In this document: positions 21,061 through 28,722 of the stretch, piece after piece
How positions within the stretch are numbered: the first letter of the stretch is position 1
How the letters are laid out: each line of letters opens with the position of its first letter
IMG/VR virus record: IMGVR_UViG_3300034010_000168
Span: 1-39,749 of that record
Source of the DNA: a virus
Strand: one strand, 5' to 3'
Length of the DNA: 39,749 bases
Notes under the pieces: model-generated
Told to the model about the DNA's origin: nothing
Seen by the model: only the letters and a program-made list of their open reading frames with translations
Database searches by the model: none
Made by a program: the position numbers and the translations under genes

Positions 21061-24000
21061 CAGGAATCAGGTCAGTGTTTTGCTTGATGGCCGCAATGCC
21101 AGCATTGTCAGGTGCAACCGCGTTCCTTGTTGAAACCGCCACGTCAACCCTTGCAAGTTCTGTTGCCAATTCTGTGCGAACCGCTGCCGCATTCTGTGCC
21201 GCCGTCGGTGCCTCGTTTGGCAATGCCCCCAAGATGTTTGATTCTGCACCCTGAACATCATCAATTGACGCCGCTTGATAGTTCGCAAGCGCAACCTCTG
21301 CAGCAACTGTGGTCTGTGCCGCATTCAGTGGCGCAGTATATGCCGCCCCTGCAAGACGTGATGAAACCGCAGCGTCAAGGTTGTTCAATCTTGAATCTGT
21401 GGTCAATAGAGGGTTCGAAGGAATCGAGTTCAGTTTGCCGCCAGATGTTTCCATTTCAGTTCGGATTGCTGTGCGTTCTGCACCTGTCAAACCATAGCCT
21501 GTTTTGTCTGCAACAACCTGCGCGTTCGCGTTTACATTGCCGCCAGTAAACCCGATTTGATCGGTCTTGGCTTTGATGGCCGCAACATCTGCATTCGCAG
21601 GTGCCGTGTAACCTGCGGTTGCAAGTCTAGTTCCCACAGCAACGTCAAGCTTGGTCGAGTTTGCATCAATTTCGGACCTGATGGCCGCAGCCGTCGGCGG
21701 TGCCGTATATGATGCCGCTGCCAATCTTGTCGAAGTCGCAACGTCAATGCGACCAAGTTCAGTTGTGAGTTCTGTTCTGACTGCCGCTGCAATCGTTGCA
21801 GGACTTGAACCGCCGCCAGCATTTGCCAGTGCCTCGCCTGCGCTGCCTGCAATGGTATGACCTGCAAGCAATTCGTCCCAAACCGCATCTGCAATTTGTG
21901 CAGCCGTTGGACCGCCGCCGCCGCCGCCTGAAACCTCGACCGCATAGGCCTTGTCAGGGTCAAGCTGAATTGAGTTCGAAGCCGCTGCAATCACAGTCGT
22001 GTTGTCGTCTCGATAGATTCGACCGCCCACAATCATCAAAGGTGTTGCAATCACGTTGTCGAGTCGAAGGTTTACAATCGCAGTTCTGATTCGATAGTTG
22101 ACAAAGTCCTCTGCCAAAACCGCATTGAAAAAATTCTGGATGCCCGAGGCTGTGAATTGATTGTGTGCAAACCATGCGTAAATTCTTTGAACTGTCGTTT
22201 CGCCGTCAACGTCATTTGAGTCAATATGAACATTCGGGAAATCGGCTGTGAGTTCAGTCACCAAAGAACCGTCAATGGCATTGGTGTTGTAGACCGTGTC
22301 AAGCTGTTGACCTGCCAAAGCTGCAAAGCCTGTGGCCGTTGCAACTGCAATGATTTCCTGTGGCAACCTTGCGGTCAGTCCGTTCACAAAAGCCAAACGC
22401 AAACGAATGACGTCACCTGCGCTGATTCCTGTGCCGTTGTAGTAGTCATATTCAAATGATGTTCCTGGCACGATTTGGTTCAAGATTTCCGTTGTAGTTG
22501 TGACGTTGTATATTTGCAAGCGTGACCCTGCAATGATGTTTGAAATCGTTCCTTTGGCATCGAATGGCAATGCATATTGCGTTTGCTGTGCCGTTGAGTT
22601 CGTGACCGTGTTGAATGAAATGAAAGTCAAAGCATTGGCAGCATTCGCAACCGTCGTTCGCGCACGCACGCGCAGGCGAAACCCAGGACTTGAATTGATT
22701 GTTTCAGTGATCAAATTCGCGGCATTCAGCGTTTTAAATGTTCCAAAACCTGAACCTGTGTCCACAGCGTATTCATAAACCATGTTGCCAGTGTTGGCCC
22801 CTGTGATTGTTGGTGCCGAGTTTTCAAAAGCTGTGTGACCAAGTGAAAAATAGGGCAAAGTCCATGTAACTTCATCACCCACATTCGGCATTGCGACCTG
22901 ACCGCCAGACGTGAACCTTGGGTTTCCTGCCGTGACCTGACATTGTGCCGCTGTTTCTGCAAGTTGTTCGTTCATCGCAATTGCAAAACGCCCCTGGGTT
23001 GCTGTGATGAAAATGTCCTGCCAGTGGAAACCATAGACCGACGCTTGACCTGTGACCGAGTTCGTCCAACGACACCCACGCGCAAGCACGTTCAGTGCAG
23101 CAATGGCCTGTGAATCGGCACCGTCACCCCAAACATTGGTGATTTCGACACCCTGAACCGTGTTCGTGAAAGTGAATGGCCCTGTTCCTGTGTTCTGCGT
23201 GTAAACCCTTCGAAACAAAAGGTCAGTTGCAACCGCAGCATTCGCAATCAAAAGACATTGGTTGGCCGACCCCATGTTGTACGGTGCCGCCGCAGTTCCA
23301 ACATTGAGCAATGACACAAAATAAGCATTGGCAATGGTCAAGATTCCAGACCTTGGGTGCATATTCGCAAGCCCCCCAAAGTTTGAAAACCCATTGAACA
23401 GAATGTTTGTCGAGGCATTTCCAACCGACAAAGCAAACTGCGCATTTGTTGTGGTCGTGGTTCCTGCAATCTGGTCCGCAAACTGCAAACCATTGCAAGT
23501 GATTCGAACGCATTGTGAAATTTCAATTCTTGAACCCAGTGCCGAACAATCAGTCATCAAAAGGTCATTCACCCGAGTCAAAGAAAACGCAAAAGCCGCG
23601 GCATTTCCCCGAGTCTGCGCAGTCGTTGACCCGAACATTTCAGCCATGACCCGAGTCATCTGCATATTCACGCAGTCAGTTGCAGAAACCACAAACTGTG
23701 ATGCCGCGCTTGACGCATACCGAACAAACCGACAATCAGTCAGCGTTGTTTGTGAAAACTGATTCGACAAAGTCACAGGCGAAAACTCTGTTGTTGAGTT
23801 CAGTCCAACCGCGACGTTCGTCAAGGTTGTGGCACCTGCCGTGCTCGAAATAATGAACGATTGCAAAAGCGCAGAATCTTGAATGTTCACCGTGAAAGCA
23901 CTGGTCAAAGAAACATACCAGTTTGCGCACACATTCCTGATGTCAATGGCACCTGCCGACGTGGTTGTGAAGTCCCAACGTGTGGCAAGGGTCGCATTGA

Positions 24001-24886
24001 TTGTGTTCGCGTTCCAGTTTGTTGCCGTTGAATTTGAAACAATGATGTTTGGAATGCGCACACGGCAGCCAGTTGCAGGCTTGAAACCGCATGAGTTCGT
24101 TGCACGTCTTGCAATTGTGATGATTCCTGTTGCGTTGTCACATCCAAAGTATTTGCCGCGCACATCGGTCGGCACAAATTGTGTTGCCGTTCCCCATCTT
24201 GAACCTGCGTTCAAAAACCATTCATAAACGCCAGACCCAGGTGCGGTCTCGATTTGCAGCGCAGGACAGTTGTCAGTCACTGGATATTGAAAGGTTTGGT
24301 CATCGGCCCCATTAGTCACGCCAAGTTGAAACCAATCACCGCGAGTGTCAAAATTTCCAAGTCGTGGCACTGTTGCCGTTGAGGTTTCCTCAAAAACAGC
24401 GTGTAGCCAACCACGTTGACCGCCAGTTGCAGAGTTCACCAAGGCTGTTGCGCCATTTGAAAAAGTCAGTGTTTCATTGTCCGAAAAATTTCCAACCTTT
24501 GAACGCAATTTCACAAAGCCAGTCGCAGGCATGGCCGCCGCAGGTGCAAGCGGTGCCGCCCCCAAGGTTGCAAAGATGCCAAGCAATTCGCCAGTCGTGC
24601 CAAGGCCGCCAGTCACATCCTGAACCCCAAGCGTTGGCAAGGCTGGCACTGTTCCTGCGCCCCCATCAAATGGCAACCACCACACGTCACGCGCATCAAT
24701 CAGGAATTTCCCCCCAAGTGTTGCTGAAATGTTCACGTTCCCGATGACTGCCGCGTTCTGTGACCAACGATTGTCAGAGTTGACCGTCACCTCACCGCCG
24801 TTGATGATGTAGTCCTCACCGTTCAGCAACCCCAAGGCTGCCGCAGAGTCATGATTGATTGGTGTTGTTGCCGTCACGTTTGCCAT
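21050..24886 (-). CDS. Large tail fibre / tailspike-like protein (1278 aa) with a C-terminal repeat array
   Basis: The middle is long and rich in Thr, Asn, Ser, Ala and Gly, consistent with beta structure. A Gly6 hinge precedes about 290 aa of repeated 'AA(I/V)R(S/T)E..(I/L)D(V/A)A(V/T)S(T/S)RLA.A.YTAP' modules. Confidence 0.75.
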   Translation of the reverse strand: MANVTATTPINHDSAAALGLLNGEDYIINGGEVTVNSDNRWSQNAAVIGNVNISATLGGKFLIDARDVWWLPFDGGAGTVPALPTLGVQDVTGGLGTTGELLGIFATLGAAPLAPAAAMPATGFVKLRSKVGNFSDNETLTFSNGATALVNSATGGQRGWLHAVFEETSTATVPRLGNFDTRGDWFQLGVTNGADDQTFQYPVTDNCPALQIETAPGSGVYEWFLNAGSRWGTATQFVPTDVRGKYFGCDNATGIITIARRATNSCGFKPATGCRVRIPNIIVSNSTATNWNANTINATLATRWDFTTTSAGAIDIRNVCANWYVSLTSAFTVNIQDSALLQSFIISSTAGATTLTNVAVGLNSTTEFSPVTLSNQFSQTTLTDCRFVRYASSAASQFVVSATDCVNMQMTRVMAEMFGSTTAQTRGNAAAFAFSLTRVNDLLMTDCSALGSRIEISQCVRITCNGLQFADQIAGTTTTTNAQFALSVGNASTNILFNGFSNFGGLANMHPRSGILTIANAYFVSLLNVGTAAAPYNMGSANQCLLIANAAVATDLLFRRVYTQNTGTGPFTFTNTVQGVEITNVWGDGADSQAIAALNVLARGCRWTNSVTGQASVYGFHWQDIFITATQGRFAIAMNEQLAETAAQCQVTAGNPRFTSGGQVAMPNVGDEVTWTLPYFSLGHTAFENSAPTITGANTGNMVYEYAVDTGSGFGTFKTLNAANLITETINSSPGFRLRVRARTTVANAANALTFISFNTVTNSTAQQTQYALPFDAKGTISNIIAGSRLQIYNVTTTTEILNQIVPGTSFEYDYYNGTGISAGDVIRLRLAFVNGLTARLPQEIIAVATATGFAALAGQQLDTVYNTNAIDGSLVTELTADFPNVHIDSNDVDGETTVQRIYAWFAHNQFTASGIQNFFNAVLAEDFVNYRIRTAIVNLRLDNVIATPLMIVGGRIYRDDNTTVIAAASNSIQLDPDKAYAVEVSGGGGGGPTAAQIADAVWDELLAGHTIAGSAGEALANAGGGSSPATIAAAVRTELTTELGRIDVATSTRLAAASYTAPPTAAAIRSEIDANSTKLDVAVGTRLATAGYTAPANADVAAIKAKTDQIGFTGGNVNANAQVVADKTGYGLTGAERTAIRTEMETSGGKLNSIPSNPLLTTDSRLNNLDAAVSSRLAGAAYTAPLNAAQTTVAAEVALANYQAASIDDVQGAESNILGALPNEAPTAAQNAAAVRTELATELARVDVAVSTRNAVAPDNAGIAAIKQNTDLIPAAL

Positions 24887-24899
24887 AGTTTTGCGCCCC

Positions 24900-25337
24900 T
24901 TAACTGTATGAAATAGATTCCAGAACCCCTGATGTGTAGTTCAATGTTTTGGTCAATTGAATGCCCCCTGGCGTGTCACCCGAAAGCACAATTGATGTCA
25001 AAAGCGGCCCTGTATAGTTGAAAGTTTTTGTGATTGCCTGACCGCCGCCTAGATCATAGACAATCGAAGTCAGTCGCCCCGACGTGTAAACCAAGTCATA
25101 GGGGTTTGATTGAATGTTTTTTGAGACTGCCTCGAATGATGCCACCGCAGTCCCTGGCGGTCCTTGAATACCTTGCGGCCCCTGTGGTCCTTGCACCCCT
25201 TGAGGCCCACGAATAAAAGGACCCTGAACAACCACGTTCTGCGCGGCAGGGTTTTGAACAGAAACTTGCACCGCAGGTTCTTGCTGAATCTGCACATTGT
25301 TTCTGCCCTGTTCGTCAACGACAACCGTCACAATCAT
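24900..25337 (-). CDS. Small collagen-like fibre protein (145 aa)
   Basis: 'GPQGVQGPQGPQGIQGPPG' forms six Gly-X-Y triplets. The C-terminus has 'YTSGRLTSIVY / YTGPLLTSIVL / YTSGVLESISY' repeats. ATGA coupling to the upstream gene. Confidence 0.7.
   Translation of the reverse strand: MIVTVVVDEQGRNNVQIQQEPAVQVSVQNPAAQNVVVQGPFIRGPQGVQGPQGPQGIQGPPGTAVASFEAVSKNIQSNPYDLVYTSGRLTSIVYDLGGGQAITKTFNYTGPLLTSIVLSGDTPGGIQLTKTLNYTSGVLESISYS
25152..25208 (-). repeat. Collagen-like Gly-X-Y triplet repeat coding segment
   Basis: Residues 44-62 of the 145-aa ORF read G-P-Q-G-V-Q-G-P-Q-G-P-Q-G-I-Q-G-P-P-G. Confidence 0.8.
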
Positions 25338-25714
25338 CGCGTGACCTCTGGACTCACATCGACCAAGCCCTCAAGCCATCGAAAAACTGTGCCATCTGGT
25401 ATTTCAGACTCGATGTCATAGACCGCAGGCGTGATTGCTTTTTCTGCCTGCCTTGCTGAATTGGTTGCAATGGCCGTTGTGATTGACGCTGGCATGGTGA
25501 CAACGACCTGACCCCGAGTCAGCAAGGGAACCTGATCAAGCTTTTGAAATGTGAATGCGCCTTGAATGGCCGCATCTGATGTGGTTTTTCTGACCTGTCC
25601 TCTGAATGTGTGGTCTGTCAAATCAAGCCTGTTGTTTTCGGCATCTGAAAGCGTCAACACCATGGAAAATGTTGCACCTTGTTCGATCAAAATTCTGTGA
25701 TTGCCTGCCGCCAT
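25334..25714 (-). CDS. Hypothetical fibre-associated protein (126 aa), probably an Ig-like beta sandwich
   Basis: ORF with CAGGGGGACCAA before the ATG. 'LDLTDHTFRGQVRK...VYDIESE.PDGTVFRWLEGLVDVSPEVT' resembles small phage Ig-like proteins. Confidence 0.6.
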   Translation of the reverse strand: MAAGNHRILIEQGATFSMVLTLSDAENNRLDLTDHTFRGQVRKTTSDAAIQGAFTFQKLDQVPLLTRGQVVVTMPASITTAIATNSARQAEKAITPAVYDIESEIPDGTVFRWLEGLVDVSPEVTR

Positions 25715-25814
25715 TTGGTCCCCCTGTCAAAAAAAGCATGGACCAAGTTCAACAAAATGTCACCCCTGAACCTGGACGCAAGGCCAAGGTTGACACGTTT
25801 TCCCTCGGCCCACG

Positions 25815-26366
25815 CTATACCTTGAAACCTCTATATGAAATCAAGCGGCCATTGTCATAGGGTGCAATTGAAACCTTGTCCCCTTGATTGCCCCCCAAAA
25901 GCCAAATGAGTCCTGGCGTCTCGTATGCATAGAACCCAACATGGCCCTTTGCAGGGTCACTTGTTCGACTCAAAACCACGATGCAACCCTTGACAGGCTT
26001 GTCGAGTTTCACCCCGAAAGTTGAATATGACCGCGCCCATTTGGACCGCGTTGACCTGATGCCGTTTTTTTCCAAAACCCATGACACAAACGATGCGCAC
26101 CAAGGAACCGAGTCAGGACTTGCGCCGTCACTGGTTGCCTTGTGGTATTCCACAACCCTTGGATTGTCCCCATCGCCCGAAACCTCGCTTGTGCCGATTT
26201 CCTTGAACGCCGTTTCATAGACTTTTTCATAGATTGAATCAGTCGGTTGAACTGGCTTGATTGGTTCGGCAGGCTTTTGCGGTTCTTGCGGTTTTGGTTG
26301 TGGCATAGGTGTCAACACAGGTTGCGGTCGTCTGAAAATGTTTCTGATTCTTCGCCATAGACTCAT
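25815..26366 (-). CDS. Endolysin, TIGR02594 / CHAP-NlpC-P60-like peptidoglycan hydrolase with a cationic, Pro-rich N-terminal extension
   Basis: 'EVSGDGDNPRVVEYHKAT...DSVPWCASFVSWVLEKNG...GHVGFY...LLGGNQGDKVSI' is the TIGR02594 signature. Confidence 0.85.
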   Translation of the reverse strand: MSLWRRIRNIFRRPQPVLTPMPQPKPQEPQKPAEPIKPVQPTDSIYEKVYETAFKEIGTSEVSGDGDNPRVVEYHKATSDGASPDSVPWCASFVSWVLEKNGIRSTRSKWARSYSTFGVKLDKPVKGCIVVLSRTSDPAKGHVGFYAYETPGLIWLLGGNQGDKVSIAPYDNGRLISYRGFKV

Positions 26367-26776
26367 TGTGCGCCCCCTTTTTCTGCAAGTTTTTCGTCGA
26401 TTTCAACAAGCTTTCGTTCCCATGTCTCCACAGTCGAATTGCAAGTGTCTGATTTTTTGCATTCACGAATGATGAATTTCTTGATTTCGGCCCAAGTCTT
26501 TGGCGGCACCAAAACAAATTGTGGTCTCATCTGAAACCACGTCTGACCATTCAAAGTGTTGACCTCATCGACAATCATTTCCTGATTCGAAATGGTCTTT
26601 GTGCAAAACCCCTTCGACATCGACAGTTCAACACAAACAAATTCATCTGGCGGCATGGTCGCGCAGCCAGAAAATAAAAACATGAAAAACAATAGTGCAA
26701 AAATTCTATTGATTGAACTTTGCAAAGACCCTGAAACTGTCAATGAGTTGCTGTTCAGCGCGTTTTTTTTCCTCAT
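26363..26776 (-). CDS. Lipoprotein; the mature part is about 100 aa and Cys-rich
   Basis: Signal peptide ending in the lipobox 'FSGC'. ATGA coupling to the endolysin gene. The start is uncertain: ATG at 26776 or TTG at 26725. An A8 tract covers codons 3-5. Confidence 0.65.
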   Translation of the reverse strand: MRKKNALNSNSLTVSGSLQSSINRIFALLFFMFLFSGCATMPPDEFVCVELSMSKGFCTKTISNQEMIVDEVNTLNGQTWFQMRPQFVLVPPKTWAEIKKFIIRECKKSDTCNSTVETWERKLVEIDEKLAEKGGAQ

Positions 26777-27056
26777 CAGTTCCCCCTTGCTGTGCTTTGT
26801 GGTAAATCATGGCGGCCTGTTCGAAAGCCCTGCCCTGTGCAGAAACTCGCAAATCAATATACCAAAAGAATGCCCCAAGTTCGCCGTTTTCAATGACCGA
26901 TTTCACAACCCAACTGACCGCACGTTCAGCCAAAGGATTAATCAAAGCCAATCGGAAAAAAGCAAAGCGCGAAACAAGCCGTTCCATGACCAGTTTCACG
27001 CCTGCCGAGTATGCCGTTCGTTTCAGATTTTCGACATACTGTTGATGTGTCATCAA
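26706..27056 (-). CDS. Hypothetical protein (116 aa)
   Basis: ORF that directly follows the upstream gene. It has no uninterrupted TM segment. Confidence 0.65.
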   Translation of the reverse strand: MMTHQQYVENLKRTAYSAGVKLVMERLVSRFAFFRLALINPLAERAVSWVVKSVIENGELGAFFWYIDLRVSAQGRAFEQAAMIYHKAQQGGTDEEKKRAEQQLIDSFRVFAKFNQ

Positions 27057-27314
27057 TTAGCCTTTTTGACCGTCGATTTCGTCAACTTTTGCCAAGATGA
27101 ATGACTTCACTGGCGGCAATACTGCCAAGGCAAAATCATCATAAGGGTTTTGAGTCAGCTTCACAGACTGTTCAGTCCATGCAAACACCTCATCAACCAA
27201 AATGACGCCTGCTTTTTCAGCAACGTCCAAAGCTTCAATCTTGATTTCGATTCCGCGTCCCTTAAGTTTTGCAACCAGAACAGCCGTGTCGAATGGTTTC
27301 AACATTGGTTCCAT
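27057..27314 (-). CDS. Hypothetical protein (85 aa)
   Basis: ORF with AAGGGGGACGATAA before the ATG. Confidence 0.7.
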   Translation of the reverse strand: MEPMLKPFDTAVLVAKLKGRGIEIKIEALDVAEKAGVILVDEVFAWTEQSVKLTQNPYDDFALAVLPPVKSFILAKVDEIDGQKG

Positions 27315-27476
27315 TTATCGTCCCCCTTTTTTCATGATGATTGATTTCACCATGTTCAAAATAAGTTGAATTGTCGAGTTCGCCTCAACCTTTTTCGTTC
27401 GTCCCAGCCAGTATTCAATCAGGAACACCAACAAAATCAAGGCAAACTGTGTGCAGTCAAAAGTTTCGCAGTTCAT
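27315..27476 (-). CDS. 53-aa single-pass membrane protein (holin candidate)
   Basis: Hand-translated as MNCETFDCTQFALILLVFLIEYWLGRTKKVEANSTIQLILNMVKSIIMKKGGR. ATGA overlap with the upstream lipoprotein gene. It falls below the track cutoff. Confidence 0.55.
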   Translation of the reverse strand: MNCETFDCTQFALILLVFLIEYWLGRTKKVEANSTIQLILNMVKSIIMKKGGR

Positions 27477-28213
27477 AAGATGTTGCAGTCAATTGGTCCA
27501 AGCGGCAATGACTGGTCCTTTGGATAGGCAATGACAATCTGACTTTTGTTGTTGGCCCTCAAATAAAAATGAACCGCGTGCGAAACGCCGCCAAGATATT
27601 CCTTGGACCCTGGTCCAGTTTCGTGCCCCGAATAGACAACAATCGAACGCCCATCATAGTTCAAAACGAATTTGGTTCCTGGTTTTGGTCTTTGCCCTGG
27701 TCCCCACATCATATTCAACGAAAACATTTCCTGTTCAGGGGTCAGGTTGGCTTTTTGCCAGACTGTTCCACGAGACCCCACGCCAATGGGTCCAGATTCC
27801 GAGGGTGTCCATTGCTTGGCCCATCGTGTTTTGAATAGGTCAGAACACGCCACGTTTGGCACATACTTTTTAAACAAAACACATTCGCGTTCTAAATGTT
27901 TTTCGATTCCGTGTGTGACTGTTTCTGGCGTTCGGGAAATGTGCTTGTCATCTGTGGTCAAATAGTGACTTTCAGCCACGAACTGACCGACATGAGGCAT
28001 CTTGATCACACGACGCCAGCGGTTTCCTGGTCCAACGTGTTCAACTCGATAGTCGCCAATCGCGCATTCGTTTTTTTTTTGCGTGGTCGTGGTCGAACTT
28101 TGCGTGACCGTTGTGGGAACTTCACCAATCGGACGGTTGAACTCATCAACCACAGGCTGGCAACCCAACAAAAGCCCACAAAACAATGCAAAAATTAAGG
28201 TTTTTTCCATCAT
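27473..28213 (-). CDS. Lipoprotein (246 aa) with a possible RlpA-like double-psi beta-barrel C-terminal domain
   Basis: Lipobox 'LLGC'. 'PGTKFVLNYDGRSIVVYSGHETGPGSKEYLGGVSHAVHFYL' resembles the RlpA/3D-domain pattern G.+v.v...G+svvv.v.D.GP....iDLS. The domain call is tentative. Confidence 0.6.
   Translation of the reverse strand: MMEKTLIFALFCGLLLGCQPVVDEFNRPIGEVPTTVTQSSTTTTQKKNECAIGDYRVEHVGPGNRWRRVIKMPHVGQFVAESHYLTTDDKHISRTPETVTHGIEKHLERECVLFKKYVPNVACSDLFKTRWAKQWTPSESGPIGVGSRGTVWQKANLTPEQEMFSLNMMWGPGQRPKPGTKFVLNYDGRSIVVYSGHETGPGSKEYLGGVSHAVHFYLRANNKSQIVIAYPKDQSLPLGPIDCNIL
28071..28080. repeat. Homopolymer of 10 T on the plus strand (A10 in the mRNA) inside the lipoprotein gene
   Basis: Seen directly. 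It encodes 'QKKN' about 45 codons into the ORF. It is the longest homopolymer I noticed in the window. Confidence 0.9.
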
Positions 28214-28473
28214 CTTGCCCCTGATTTGCGCAGTTCTTTTTCGAGTTCCTTGATTTGCTGTGATTGTTCAGCGTTGACCCTTGCCTCATAAGTGATTTGC
28301 GTGACGACGATTGCCATTTTTTCATTCAGTGACATGATTGACATGCCAATCCAGAACAAAAAGCCCGAAATCACGGCCCAAAACATCTTGTCAACAACAT
28401 CACCAAATACAAGACGGCGTTTTTCGTCGTATTCCATTGTCAGTTTTCCCCAAGCTGCAACCATAGTGGTCAT
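28210..28473 (-). CDS. 87-aa membrane protein with one TM segment and a C-terminal coiled coil (holin or i-spanin-like candidate)
   Basis: TM segment 'MFWAVISGFLFWIGMSIMSL' preceded by 'EKRR', followed by 'AEQSQQIKELEKELRK'. SD is AAGGGGCAGTC. Confidence 0.6.
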   Translation of the reverse strand: MTTMVAAWGKLTMEYDEKRRLVFGDVVDKMFWAVISGFLFWIGMSIMSLNEKMAIVVTQITYEARVNAEQSQQIKELEKELRKSGAR

Positions 28474-28489
28474 GACTGCCCCTTAAGTT

Positions 28490-28618
28490 TTATTTGAAAA
28501 ACACGTCGTCGCAAACAAAATATGCATTGTCTTTGGTCTCGACACAATTTTTGACCAATGTCTTGCTTGCGCAGCCTGAAAGCATAAGTAAAAGGCTTAA
28601 AAAGATTGCTGTTCTCAT
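28490..28618 (-). CDS. 42-aa lipoprotein (o-spanin-like candidate)
   Basis: Hand-translated as MRTAIFLSLLLMLSGCASKTLVKNCVETKDNAYFVCDDVFFK. It has a canonical lipobox 'LSGC' and SD GGGGGAAAC. It falls below the track cutoff. Confidence 0.6.
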   Translation of the reverse strand: MRTAIFLSLLLMLSGCASKTLVKNCVETKDNAYFVCDDVFFK

Positions 28619-28658
28619 GTTTCCCCCTCTGTTCACAACCATTTTCGTTGCTTCACCG

Positions 28659-28686
28659 AACAAAAGGCAAGCTTTTGCAGCCTGCC
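28659..28686 (-). terminator. Rho-independent terminator after the 754-aa gene
   Basis: In the minus-strand RNA, GGCAGGC-UGCAAAA-GCUUGCC forms a 7-bp stem with one G-U pair, followed by UUUUGUU. Confidence 0.45.
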
Positions 28687-28722
28687 GTTGTCCTGTATTT
28701 TTTCAAAACCTAGACCATGGTC

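Noticed and set aside
21050-24886. Diversity-generating retroelement targeting the fibre C-terminus
   Set aside because: There is no reverse transcriptase ORF, no template/variable repeat pair and no near-identical DNA repeat anywhere in the genome. The protein repeats are diverged at the DNA level.
25743-25775. Hairpin after the endolysin gene considered as a rho-independent terminator
   Set aside because: In the minus-strand RNA, a 9-bp stem (CCAGGUUCA/UGAACUUGG, one G-U pair) has a 15-nt loop. The U7 run starts only 7 nt after the stem, so it does not fit the canonical geometry. I kept it only as a possible boundary of the lysis cassette.
28210-28618. Calling the 42-aa lipoprotein and the 87-aa TM protein a definite Rz1/Rz spanin pair
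   Set aside because: The gene order is the reverse of known two-component spanins. The lipoprotein lacks the usual Pro-rich character, and the periplasmic coiled coil of the TM protein is only about 35 residues. The spanin idea remains only as a hedged 'candidate' qualifier on the two feature calls.
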